Positions 37,341 to 49,823 are shown, counted from the whole stretch's first letter. The stretch is DNA of 58,326 nucleotides, filler included, from Catajapyx aquilonaris (GCA_000934665.2; 3 parts of 3 records of this genome joined end to end with filler, not necessarily neighbours in it); one strand, 5' to 3'. Made by a program: numbers and translations. The notes: generated by a model not told the origin, from the letters alone.

Positions 37341-37412
37341 AAATGGTGCCGGGGATCGAACCCGGGACCTTTCACATGCAAAGCGAACGCTCTACCACTG
37401 AGATACACCCCC
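37341..37412 (-). pseudogene. tRNA-Ala(TGC) pseudogene
   Basis: GGGGGTGTATCTCAGTGGTAGAGCGTTCGCTTTGCATGTGAAAGGTCCCGGGTTCGATCCCCGGCACC; intact anticodon and T arms, D-stem mismatch, broken acceptor stem (ends CACCATTT). Confidence 0.85.
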
Positions 37413-38685
37413 ACTTTAAGGAAACCTATATGAACATGTTCATAACACATAATATTGAACATAATTTCATGTAGGGTGACACCATGTCCAAATCTCCAAA
37501 AGAAAGGCATAGATGCTCTGTATAGGCTGTGTACAATACACACTATTATACTAATAAATACGCCTTTTTTACTTCAGCATAACCGAATCTACGATTTCAA
37601 ACGTCCTATTTAATGTCTCTGTCTCTATAAAGCGAGTGATGACCAATAGTTTCACAACTATCATTCTGTTCTCTTCCTCAGATGCAGGACAGAGCTCCTG
37701 TTCACATAAACCCCCTGGAGGAGGAGGAGCAAGAAATGCAGAGAGGAACGCTCGAAGGAATATTGAAGCACCGTCATCACCGTCATACCTAGCAGAATCT
37801 ACATCTATACGTATGTGCGATTAAACAGATTAACTTTTTTCATATAATGCGTGTTGTGCCCGTATCTGTGGATCGGAAAAAAACAAAAACAAGCTTGCTA
37901 ATAAAGAACCTTAATTCAGTATCCCTCCATCAATTCTTCCTCGTTGAGATTCCAGGTCAATTATAGATAATGTGCGTCATACCTGATTTTCAGACAACCC
38001 AGTTCACAACTGCATCAGGTACTATCAATCTCGTTGGACCATTCGCAATGCTTAATATTGTAACCAGGAACCTCCCATTAAATGTGCATAATAAATGTTT
38101 CAAACAGTCGGCATTATTCAGTTATTATGTTTTCTTTTAACTGATCCACGTTCATATTTTTAGATATTTTTTTTGACAATTTTTAATCCTTCATTTTGTA
38201 CTCGTCAAGACTACAGGATTGTAGGTGAGCGCTTCCTGCACATATACGGTACTCGAGCAGAGTTAGTTATCTTTTCTTCATATTAATTTCTTCATATCAA
38301 TTTATTATTGGCTCTCGCAGCGATCCACAAGTATTTTTTCAATAGAGCAGGATTTTATTTATGACAAGTTTTAAGCGCCCTAAACACAATGTGTATGCAT
38401 GGTATACACAGCAAATTGTGTACTGCATTGTACTAACTAATGTACATAATGCAGTACACAATGTGCATTTTTAAAACTGGAAAAGCCGCGAAAATAATGG
38501 TTTCTGATAACACACTGTATAATGAATATACATTTTTTACTTGATATAACTGAAACACAATTTTTTTACTTATTAGCACACTAATAAAAATGTAACCTAA
38601 ATCAAACATTTTATTGTGATTGTTGAATTTTGTGGCGCCCTTTCTTTACAATAAGTACATGCTGGAGAGAGTGCCAGTATCGAAG

Positions 38686-38750
38686 TAGCGCAGTGGTCTA
38701 GTGATTAAGACTCTCTCTTCGTAACCTGAAGGTTGAAGGATCGAATCCAG
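38686..38750 (+). pseudogene. Highly decayed tRNA-like sequence
   Basis: A box TGGTCTAGTG and B-box-like GGATCGAATCC at tRNA spacing; stems do not pair. Confidence 0.5.
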
Positions 38751-38883
38751 AAAGGAAGACGTCGTTTCTTTTTATCGCTATGGACCTTTCTCGCTGTTAC
38801 TTCATCACTCATTTCACATTTATTTCTCTTTGAAGTGCATCTGGTAAATAGGCTAGACCCTTCCAACACTCACACTCACGTTG

Positions 38884-38983
38884 NNNNNNNNNNNNNNNNN
38901 NNNNNNNNNNNNNNNNNNNNNNNNNNNTTAATTAATTAANNNNNNNNNNNNNNNNNNNNNNNNNNNNNNNNNNNNNNNNNNNN
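38884..38983. other. Artificial contig-joining linker N44-TTAATTAATTAA-N44
   Basis: Identical to 19353-19452. Confidence 0.97.
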
Positions 38984-41044
38984 ATTTTTCTTTGCGCCAT
39001 TGATAAGAGGACACAAAACTGCGTAACATATGTTTTTTTCATAAAATTCTCATTGAGTGACTCTAGCTTCATTTCCACCTCAAGCCATTTCAGGACAATA
39101 TAATAGTCATCATATACGCACGTATTTGGACAGATCACATGTGAATTCCTCTGCCTGGTTTTACATTTTCTCAATCAGAATTTGGTTGGTACCTCAGGTA
39201 GGGCATTCCATTGAACCTCTCCTGCGACTCATATGAGGGCATCATCCCACATAATGGTGTCAGAATCATAACTAAGAGGTCTGACATGTCATGATTGAAC
39301 TCTGGTATTACTTACATTGCCCGCAATTTTGCAAGCTCGAAATATTTGAACCTAAACGTACATTGTGTTAGTTTATCAAGTCAACTATAATAATGTTGTT
39401 ACAAAGTTAATGTATGTCAGATAGTGTATCAAATAAACATAGAAAAATATCAATTCTTCGGCCTGTAATTTCTTTGCAGGGCTCCTTTTTGTCCAGCAGT
39501 CCAGTGAAATAATCATGACTGGAATGTCGTCAACCTTGATCAGGCATCTTCGTACGTGGCTTCCTGAGCAGGAGGAAATGCATTCTCCTCACTCCGCCAC
39601 CGTCGGGATCTTCGCTCCACTGTTGTGCTGTCTTGCCTGGAGAGACTGTTCTTGTAGTCGCTGGGATTCATAATTGCGTGGGATGTAACACTGGATGTCG
39701 TTCGTCTGCGTTGATTAATGTGCATTCTCTATGATCAAAGAAAAGAGGATGAATATCAGTGGTCCAACTGCAATTCTGACTTTCCTGAGTCACAATTTTT
39801 CACAATTATTTACGAAGAAGCAAGTACTGAAAAATATGGTTTCTTCCAACCTTCTGTGCCACATGGTATGAAGTGTAGCACACCAGTTCACAAGTCCCCT
39901 TCTGTAATTAACATCCAACTCGAAACACCTTGGTCACAATGATCTTGACAGACAATTTGGTCCGATTATGCGAAGATGCTCAAAAAGAGTTACTGGAAGG
40001 TGCTCGATGATATTCAGGAAAATGCATCATTTTAATGAACGACGTAAATCCGGTGCAATAGTTAATATATACAGACCCGAGAAGTTGAGTAGGTCCTATT
40101 TACAATATAGGTGTGTTCAAATTGCAGTTATCAGATCGTGTTACATTTTTTGCGATTGGCCGAAGGATGGATTAAGTAGTGTGCACTGTTGAAGTTGTGT
40201 ATTGCCCGACTGCAAATGAACGTAGTCGGCCCAGATATATATTCCGGGATGATCATTCGCTCAGGTATGTCAGGTATGTCAAATTCATCATGACTCCCGG
40301 TTTCCTGATACTCAAATGTCTGAATAAGAATTCGTGGCTCATAAATATGATGTATTTAATGCTCATGATTAGATGTGAAAAGTTTACAGCAAAATCTGCG
40401 TTTCAAGTCGATTTAAGAAATAGCTGGTTCCCAGTCAGGTCCTTGCATTTTCAACAAGTTCTTCATGGTGTTGCGTAGATGGATAACCACTGTTGTTGTG
40501 ACCTGTTTTAATGATCTTCGTAAACATTGCCTTTTGATTTCGTAGCAGTTCAAGATTTCAGCATGTACAATTGCATTGTCTTCTCTGCCAGTTTCGGCGG
40601 TTTATATCTTCATTTACATCGAGCTGCCTGTTGATGTGTCTGATGCAAGCCAGAACCTGCCTGAAGATAATGCTCTGAAAAAACGGCGTCAGGGTCAGGA
40701 CTGAGCTCTCAGGACAGTGGTCCTCATATCACCGTCAGACATTATGACCTGATTTCTTGCCAGTGTGAACAAATTTCAAATGAAAATTCACGGTATCCTT
40801 CCGACCAAATTTCTTAGTGCAATGCATATTTACATAACATATGCAGCGTAACAATTAAAGAACATTACGTGGTGGATGACCATGAACGGTCATATTTAAA
40901 TATTTCAGATTGAGGAAAGAATAATAATTCAGAATAAAACTTGATGATGATTATAAAACTTCCTCTTGACCTGTCTTCGCGTCTTCGTCATCGCCTTGGG
41001 CATTTTATTGTGGGACACCTCGAAAAGTAGCTATGGTCGGATTC

Positions 41045-41370
41045 AAATGGTACTAAAAAGAGGACAACTGCATCCCTCATGTGGTTTTCCATTTCCGGTT
41101 CAATATTGACGGTCTGGTCGTTTACGTGCAGCCATTCATTTCCCTCTCGTACCATGACGGTGTAGAGTCCACGTATCAAGCAGTTTCCATAGTGAAAAAG
41201 TATTGCTGTGCAGACAAACCTCCTCGATCGTCAGGATCGAATCCAGAGATATCAGTATACAACTTTCGTAAGTTTTGTAGGCAGCTTAAAGTCCGCTTAC
41301 GCGAATCGACACACATGGCGTTGGCATAGCAAGACACATTATTCGGGCCAGGCGAAGCCACTAATCTTCG
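41045..41370 (-). pseudogene. Ubiquitin-specific protease (USP/C19) domain remnant
   Basis: Cys box ISGFA / PNNVSCYANA (frameshifted) and His box AILFHYGNCLIRGLYTVMVREGNEWLHVNDQTV...AVVLFL. Confidence 0.75.
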
Positions 41371-43436
41371 TGTCATTGCTAATAGAAGGTGAAATGAGAC
41401 GCTTCCAGGCCGGTACAGGCAGGGGAGGTATGGAGCTAGAGAAGCTTGCGGATTGTGACTCCGCCCTTGAGTGTTCCGTCCCTTTTAGCCTGGGATACAC
41501 GACTTGGAATACGTCGCCTCTGGGTAGATGTTGCATAATGCTGTTGCCACGTAGTGGTTTGCTTCACAAGAGGCTGGACGCTCATGGTACTTGTCGTTAT
41601 AGTCCAGCAGCATCATACTCGTTATTGTCACGTTGCTTGGCAAGTGTACCTCCTTCATGTAGCTTTCTTCTTATTATGATACAGAAGTACTGTACAAGAT
41701 GTCCGTCTAAATGGAGGTTGAGTTGTCCCTCTTTCGTCCCCTTTTGTTGTGACCACTACTACAAGAAGAAAAGTTGCATATATGATCTTGTCATTTCGAA
41801 AGTGAAATTCTCACTGGCCAATGGTCGTCACTTTATGATCCATTGCTCGTGAAGTCGCAGTTCAACCAAACATTACTTAGCCATAAGTTAACAGTTAATG
41901 TAGAGCTAGACACATTTATTGCCTTAGGATAATATATACTTGCTTGATTCAAATTAGATGGTTAGATTTTTCAAGTAAGGAACTGTATCGTTAAACCAAT
42001 ATTGTTTCAAATGCTAAAAGCACAAATCTGTTCTGCGTCTATGCATGAATTGTCAGTGTATTTATTTCCTCTCTTGAGATATCTCATTGCAGAATGAAGT
42101 AGACCCTACCGGTTTATAATCCAGAAAAAGTATTGTTGGGTGAAGATCTTTCTGTCTGGTATAAATTTCATGATGTACGTCTGTGCCAATTGTACGTTTT
42201 CCAAAAGTGACACTCGTCGTAACTCGTTTTTTGTTCAGGGTGATGCACTTTAAAGGGGTGTTAAGGGCTGACCAGCCAGTGCGGCTCGAGAGCCTCTCGT
42301 ACCCGGTTTATTAACCAAGATACCAAGATACAAGCAAGGTACAAAATCACAAACAAAATACAATATTACAAACAAGATACAGTATTACAAAATATTATCT
42401 TCACTCCAACGTCCCCGTCACATCCTCACAGTTGCCCTACTCCAGTTAGCTGTTCATCTCAGCCAGGACTGAGATCACATGCAGACAGAAGATGTTGAAA
42501 GCCTCCCACATCTCTTGCACCTTAGAGTATTCAAAGTGCAGGGCCAACCAAATCCTCTTGCGACCACGGCTGGACGGAGACACGTATATCAACTTATAAC
42601 TGTGCTTTTATAACTGTGCTAGGACGTTCGGGGAGATTTGTGAGCCCAGTCAAAGAAGGCCAGTTATGATCATCATCTTCAGTGCTGCTCTTGTAGGATT
42701 TGGATTTTGAACCACCTCGGTGAACAGATATGTTTTGATTGTCTTCATGTGCAGTTCCTTCTGGTAATGAAAGATGTTCGCCGACATGAAAGTATGTCCT
42801 CGCTAGAAGTGTCGGGAGTTCGATTTTCTCACCCGACAATTCACAGGAGTTCACGATGTGAACGAGATTTTTGCTTTGTCCGCTGCAGTCGTCTGCCCAC
42901 TCTTTATTACTCCTTTATGGGCAGAAAAAAACGAATGGAAATCACTTACGATATCTCATTTCTTCCTGCCAGAAAGTCCTTCATGCCATAATCTGGATTC
43001 CCATAGGCTGCAGTCACAACAGGAACAGCGGTGCTGTCCGACTGGGTACACGTAGCTAAAGTTGCTACGTCTGGATTCCCATAGGCTGCGGTACGACTGG
43101 GTAGTCGTCAGAAGGTCCGGACTGGATACTCGTACCCACTATGTGAAGAGGCATCTATAATTGTTTTGTCCGCTGCAATGGTCCACTTAGATAGTTAATA
43201 ACTTTTTTTCATGGCCAGGGAAAACGTATGGAAGACATGTATGTCTTTTTTTCCTGCCATACGACAGCGTAAGGCTGTTACCACCTTGTGGTTTGCATTT
43301 CCAGTGTCATACTCGTTATTGTCACGTTGCTTTGCAGGTGTACCTCCTTCACGGGGCGTTCTCTAGTCTTCAATACGATACACAGGTACTGGACAAAATG
43401 TCCGTCTTCGTTGTTCGAGTTGTCCCTGGTGTATCT

Positions 43437-43760
43437 CAGGCTGAAATATCTGTTTCGCGGCATGACCCCAGAGTCAATTGGAACTCTGGTTTTGTTTGCC
43501 CAGTACCAATGCATTATTAAATATGTTCCCAAATAAAACATTTATTATGGGAATAAAAATTTCTCCCCAGGCAGGACATCGTGACATTGATCCCAACAAA
43601 CCTATTCTTAATCTCCTCAGGGGCGGTGTTAATGGATTTCCCGGTGTCGCTTGTCGTCATCACAGTTGTCATTTCCGCAATAAGGGCAAACATTGGGTCG
43701 GGCACATATCTCATGAAATATTCAATTGGCCTATGATTCCCAAGTTTGGGAGAATGATCC
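43437..43760 (-). mobile_element. piggyBac transposase N-terminal fragment
   Basis: PIEYFMRYVPDPMFALIAEMT..SINTAPEEIK.FVGINVTMSCLG and YWANKTRVPIDSGVMPRNRYFSLR. Confidence 0.9.
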
Positions 43761-44149
43761 GAATGCACTTTAGCCTTCTCCCTTCCTGTCATGTCGCCGT
43801 CTTCAGCATCATAGAAGAAATGAAACTTACACACTAAAGCAATGCCTCCTGCTCCATAACTTCTGATGGGGATCGCCTTTTGTCGCCCTGATTCTCGATC
43901 ACTTTTTGTATCTTCAATTTTATTCGTTGTCACAGGATGGTGTGAATTAGGATAGGTCAAGGACTTTCTCAGGTTTAGGAAAGTACAACGTGGTTAGGAG
44001 ATTAATGCAGAGGAAGCAATATATTTAAAGTTCATCTAGTTCAACATCTTCAGTGTATTGATCGTACTGTACATTCTTTCCATGCCCAATATCAAAGTAC
44101 ATTAAATCCCGCATAAACATGTGTCTTGACTGTCTTCTTAACTTATTAT

Positions 44150-44212
44150 CAGTCCATGCTTTGTAACAAAATTATTGGCAAACAAATGGTTTCTCTCCTG
44201 TGTGCGTGTTGT
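44150..44212 (-). pseudogene. C2H2 zinc-finger linker remnant
   Basis: Minus strand reads THTGEKPFVCQ*FC. Confidence 0.55.
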
Positions 44213-44559
44213 TTATTTTTGTTTTGTTTTTTTGGTTCTCCTCTGGATGTCCACCATCTGACCACCTGAAAGACGTGTGCTGGATATGTGAGCATTGTGC
44301 ATGGTGTAACCTTAATCTATAAGACTCATTTGCCATTCAGGAAATGTATAGAAGTACCTCATTCACTTAGCAAATTATGGCTTTATTGGCATATAGGGGG
44401 ACAGGAGGGAAAAATCAAGGCAACACATTCCATGTAAATGGGCACCCCAAAAGTCAGTAGCTGTAATATTATCTTACACAGGATGAGTGAAAAAGTAGTC
44501 AATATGGACATGTTTTGGCACCCTCTAACATCGGGCCTCAGACAAGCTCTGCAGGGGCC

Positions 44560-44928
44560 TGAGTTGCTGCCGTTGCCTCTCTTTTTCCTTCCCCCTTCCC
44601 TGTCGATTGCTCCTGCCAGGAACTTTCCCACATGCCGTCGTATGCCTTTTATGGTCACCTCATTTTTCAGCTAGACTGCAGCTGAAATTTCCAAAAATAA
44701 ATCACATTCACATTCTGGTAATTGTATAAACTGTGCCAGATTAAGAAATACATTACCTATATGATGACTTTTGACAATTAGAGGCCGTCAAAAGATCTCT
44801 TTTTCTTCGGCCCAAAACAGCTGAATTTTGTCGCCATCTCGTTTGATGTACTGTTTTGCATCAGGATGCCGTGAATCTGGCGTTGCAGCGAATCGCCTTT
44901 GGATGTCATTTCCCCCAAATGCTTTGCC
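44560..44928 (-). pseudogene. Spliced DUF4806-like gene remnant (probable transposon accessory gene)
   Basis: Exon ~44928-44757 (SNEMATKFSCFGPKKKRSFDGL*LSKVII) with AG/GT sites, next exon IRRHVGKFLAGAIDREGGRKKR. Confidence 0.7.
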
Positions 44929-45082
44929 TGGAATAAAAGAACCTTTCAGTATGATACAGTACCGGTATATTATACAACTTACAGGCTGTAATTATACTGT
45001 ATAAAAGTGGAAGTTTGTGTTCATGTGGGGAGGAAGGTGTCATAGGAGCTATGTCACACAGCAAATGGGCATGAATAAGTTA

Positions 45083-45250
45083 CAGTAGAACCCCGATTAT
45101 CTGTCACTGGGACATGGTCGGAACACAAAAAAGATCAGCATAATAAGAGGAGAAAAAACGTTAATGAAACACACCGACATATAAAAACATTAAATACCAT
45201 ATTATGATTTTCTAACAGAATGAAGTGTTTTGCATACACAGTCTACTGTA
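45083..45250. mobile_element. pogo/Tigger-type terminal fragment
   Basis: TA|CAGTAGAACCCCGATTATC terminus. Confidence 0.55.
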
Positions 45251-45529
45251 CTGTATTAAATTTTACAATCTAACTTAAGGCAACACAAAACAAAAATAAT
45301 GTCCATATTTAAGGTACGATAATTATACTGCAGAATTAATGTTTTTATCAAAAGAAAGACATTTACAATTTTATTTGCGGTTCCAGTGTCCGCCAAGCAA
45401 CTTTCCGTATCTTTCAATTCTTCATCAGTTGACACTGGAAGTTTCCAGTCTTCCTCCAGACTGGGGAATGCTCTCTTGTGGCTGTTATGCCACCATCATT
45501 CCTTGGCGCTTCAATTTAGCTACTTCATT

Positions 45530-45800
45530 CTGTGTCCTCTCGGCTGTGCGCGCCCTCGCGAGTATCCGCATAACAAATGAGCCGGGTAACAGCAGCAGGA
45601 AGGTCCTTCACGTAATGAAGAAGGCAAAATGCAATCTCCCGTGAACCTCTGCTGGCAACTGCCTCATTCCTGAAATACATATTGGCTCTGTCACTACCCA
45701 TATCATGCACTCCAAAATGGTAACAACTCACTTGTCGGCAATAGTAGACCTCATTAGTGCTGAGCTTCGGAATAGTTATCTCTTCCTTCCCCGTGCACGT
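45530..45800 (-). mobile_element. Sola1-type transposase fragment
   Basis: IPKLSTNEVYYCRQVSCYHFGVHDM...NEAVASRGSREIAFCL...LICYAD. Confidence 0.85.
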
Positions 45801-46009
45801 TGCTGCACCTCTGCCACAGCCATATTTCCATCCAAGCACCCATGGTGGTTACTTGTGTCTTCTTCTGCTGGCACTGGGCAAACCTCCTCCACTTGACGGT
45901 CTTGTCGCTTGCGAGGATTTGCCTTTCGTCTTGTATGCTAGGAAATAGTACAGTCATTATGCAGTTATAATATTATTATTCAGCCGAACTGGTCAGACCG
46001 ACATTGAAT

Positions 46010-46153
46010 GGGGTCATGCAGACGGGCCAAGCTTGGCCGCCGCCCTGGCCAACTTCCAGGAAGTTGGGCCGTGGCGTTGCCTGGGGGCCCCTAGGTGTGA
46101 ACTGTCGCGGCCGCGGCCAGCCGCGGCTAAGCTTGGCCCGTCTGCATGGCCCC
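46010..46153. mobile_element. PIF/Harbinger-type MITE
   Basis: TIRs GGGGTCATGCAGACGGGCCAAGCTT / AAGCTTGGCCCGTCTGCATGGCCCC; AAT TSD. Confidence 0.9.
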
Positions 46154-46309
46154 AATTGGGTGGAACTTTTGAGTACCTGGAATTGCCACAATCTGACAGA
46201 ACTGATGTGCTAGCTGTTGTTCATTTTCCATGTACTCTCCTTGTGTAAAGTATGTAAAGTGCATGGTCCTGGAAAGGTCCGGCTTTCCCCACATTCATAG
46301 AGTTGAAAA

Positions 46310-46550
46310 GGCGGGTACCATGATCTGATTTTGGTATGGCATTTGTAGACTTGTCTTTGCTGCCTCCAGTTCCCCATACCCCCCATCACATGGGCTTTTA
46401 ATGTGAGCTTTAGCTGCAAAATGCCATTCTGCTTCACTTCCAAAATAAATTTTGTGCCTGCAAGGTTCAGAAAGTTCTTTGTATTTCCTATATTGGGTAG
46501 CTGAGCCATCCGAAAAAAATAATAATAATTTTGAAATCTTCAGTTCATAG
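46310..46550 (-). mobile_element. Sola2-type transposase fragment
   Basis: FFSDGSATQY...EAEWHFAAKAHIKSPCDG...SLQMPYQNQI. Confidence 0.85.
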
Positions 46551-48249
46551 TTAAAAGAAATGGAGATGAAAATGAAGTGAAAGAGAGTGGACACATCTTC
46601 ACCCATCACAACCTTCATCTTCTTTACACCCTTCACAATCTGATGTGATCAGGATTCCTTCTACTGATGTATAATGAGCAGTGAATCCCTACAAGCCAAC
46701 TGGTCGGGTTTATACTTTATCAGAAGGAGAAAAGAAGGAGATTGCAGAGGTCACTATAAACACTTCCACGACTGCAAAAAAATCCATAGTGCTGAGTTTG
46801 CATCACTCCAGCATATAATAATCAAATACTAGGCAAGTTAATTTTTGGGGTAAGTTAATGAAGCAAGTGGTTTTTTTTTCTTGCAAATTGTATTGAATTT
46901 TTTTAGTTGCCATATATTATGAATTAAATATTTCTTAGGAGACTACTGGTAATGACTCAGTTAGATTCGGCTAATAAGCCAGAGTTTTGTGCTAAGCTAT
47001 ATAGATCTGGTATGTTGGCTATTTCTCCACATATTTGAAACCTGTACCCTCTGATCACATTAAAATCCCAAAATGAAACTCGGGGATGTGCAACAGGACA
47101 GTGCAAAATAATTTTGTGAAAAAAAAAAAAAAACTCTGACTGTTTTCAAAATACCTTTAAAATGAGACATTTTCCAGGGCTGTATCTCATCTGGTTTCCG
47201 AGAAAATGGTACTTGACTATTTCAGGAAACAGCAAATTGTAATGAAAATTTGAGTCATTAATATTTAATAACTTTTGATTCAGTTGAGCAGATGCCTTAC
47301 CTGCAGCTGTCTGGCCATTTTCGCAGGATTTTCGCCGGCAAGATCATGGGGTTGAGTCATCATACGCATATCCTACAATACCTTTCTCGATTTCCCAGAA
47401 GTTTCTTCATGTAACAATGAATCTGAGACCTCGTGTCTACTGGGAACATATTCCGACCCAATACTTGAAGACACGTCCTCTTCTGACTCAACTTGCTCAG
47501 AGGAATCCCCCATATGTCCACTCTTACCAGGAACTGTGTCACATCCCGACGTCATTGACGTCCCTGGATGTCGGGCTACAAGCCCTCCTGACCTGGAGTA
47601 CTCACCTACGGCCTGCAATGCAAAGGGGGAGAGCCCCCCAAACCACAAGTGACCAGAACAAGGTTCCAACTCCAAGTGTCTTTATTCCTCTTCCCCTCAC
47701 CACCCCCAGCCCATGCGGGCTGGAGGACAATACAGTGTTGCCATGTCACGGCCTGTGACAACTGCACTGTCCGAGGCGGCCATTGTGGCTTACACCACTT
47801 TGGCTGTAAGAGCCACGGTGTTATGCAGCAAGGATCCAACCAACAGAAGTGTGATTGTCCAGAAAGTACAGTTAAGTTTATGGTTCATATTATTCATAAA
47901 GGCCTCAGCGTAGAACATAGGTATCATTACAACTTAAATGAAGGTGTTTGAGAAATATAGGACCATTCTAGTTGGTAACGGTAAACCCCTGAAATGTGGG
48001 TTGGTTCTCTTTTGCTTAATGCGTAAACCCCTATTTGAGGGTTGGTTCTCATTTGTTTAATGTTACATGTCTGGGAGTCATATTACTAACCATGTCAATA
48101 GTATTGCAGACACCATACAGTATTCCTTTAAATGTGCTTCAGTACTCTTAGTAACACTGTACGGTTAAACATCATTATAATCATTATCGTCCTCGTCGTT
48201 GCAGCCAGCAAAATCCTGTAGTAGATCCTCAGCATCCGCTGCGGGTCTG

Positions 48250-48910
48250 GTACGTAATACCTACGGTCATAATACAGACGGCCCTTAATGTCGACAGCCT
48301 TCTTTCCTAAAACCTAAAATCATGACACCTCCAAATTACGACACACTTAAATATCTAATGCACCTACACACCTCTACAACCTTAAGTTTATTACCACTTC
48401 TCAAATACACCTTTTGCCCTTATTAACTATCCTTCAGCAATATCTCCTTCTCCTGTTTTCGACACCACCAGAATACCTTATTATCCCTTCCCTTCTTTAT
48501 TACCTACTATGACATTTTGCCTTTCCTTATTCACTTCCCTTTACTCTTTTTCCCCCCATTTTTAACCTCACATATGCATATTGTATGCCATCGCTTTCGA
48601 CACGTTCGACGGGTTTCCTTTCTGTCCTTCGATGCGTCTTCGTCTGTCTCGTAATTCCGGCCGCGTCGATATTATTTTCATTTGTTATTTCTACTTTGTC
48701 GGATACATTGTTTGCAGGTATTTCTGCTGTGTCGTTCGTATTTTTTTCCATTTTTCTGCTTCATCTGTATTATTTTTGTTCGGTATTTCTACATTGTCGG
48801 TTATTCCCATTTGGGATTTTTTCTGGTGTCGTTATTCTGTCCCTTCGTTATTTATCCTATCAGTATTTATGACCGTCTGTATTCCTTCCGTACAGGCATT
48901 ACGCCTGGAC
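48250..48910 (-). mobile_element. 3' end of a Gypsy-like LTR retrotransposon (pol tail, PPT, partial LTR)
   Basis: Minus-strand RRTERKPVER tail, purine tract AAAATGGGGGGAAAAAGAG, then TGTCATAG at ~48514. Confidence 0.55.
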
Positions 48911-49029
48911 CGCATTTATTGTTTGTGTGTGTACTGCAAATATTATATATTTTTTTGCCTGCCATTAGAGCCATGCAATTAAATCTTACCAGTACTTTGG
49001 TCCACAAATCTGGTAGTACTTATAGTTAC

Positions 49030-49823
49030 CTTCAATGTCTTGAATGAAATCGTAGCAGAAACTTAATGTTTCTGACTCGAGTTGATACCGCGTACTGCCC
49101 TCCTCTGCTCTGCACACGAGAAAAAGATTATTCATTACTTGTGCTGTTAGCTTCTGCTTCTCTCCACAGAACATAGGTTTCCATGCAGATAGATATGTTT
49201 TCATGCTGTCCATTAATCCAAAGGCAGCAAGGCCATCTGAAGACCTGCACAACATTTGTGAGTTCCAGGAAATATTAGTCATTCTATTGTAGTGCTAGAG
49301 CATACCGGTATCACATTAAATCACCATACTGTTTTTTTGCATCTTGCAATCTTGTCACACTAAAAAAACTTCACAATATCATGAATCAAAACCACCCTGG
49401 ACTCCATTGTGGCTGGTCGGAGGCATCCTGCCACTTCCAGCAAGGTCTCATTCATCGACATGACATCCAACAGTTCTTGTTGGGAGGATGCTTCCTCTAT
49501 CTGTAAATATGAGCGCAAGACATTCAAGCCTATACTATCTCTGCGTGTGTTGGTGTACGGTATTAATTAATTTTAATGTAGTCAACTGAATTGGAAATTT
49601 AATTACGCAATGTAGGAACAAGCCTAGTAGGGAAACCAAAGAGATGTACACACCTGTGAGATGAACTCAATGACTCCCTCAGATTGGATGGCTTCCTTAC
49701 ATGCAGTGTACTCCCTTGCAATGAGCCAATGGTACAAGTGTGGTGAAAGAAAATGTGGTGATGGTCCACCATGGACTATGGACATGGCTAAACCAGCAGC
49801 ATAATATTCCTTGCTCCCAATTG
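49030..49823 (-). pseudogene. G2E3-like HECT E3 ligase fragment, three exons (49823-49654, 49500-49330, 49244-49030)
   Basis: YYAAGLAMSIVHGGPSPHFLSPHLY; DGLAAFGLMD...PMFC...LTAQVMNNLF...EEGSTRYQLESETLSFCYDFIQDIE; canonical AG/GT sites; in-frame stop in the middle exon. Confidence 0.85.

Noticed and set aside
39180..40700. Possible decayed coding sequence
   Set aside because: Many stops in all frames and no motif I can assign
41208..41852. 214-aa plus-strand ORF
   Set aside because: Antisense shadow of the minus-strand USP and unknown-module remnants; no motif
42259..42585. Possible solo LTR (TGTT start, minus-strand AATAAA); similar hints at ~49960-50280 and ~51325
   Set aside because: No TSD, PBS or paired LTR could be confirmed
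47300..47900. Possible Kolobok-like or other transposase remnants on the minus strand
   Set aside because: Only weak motif hints; not supportable without a profile search, so not counted in the strand-bias tally
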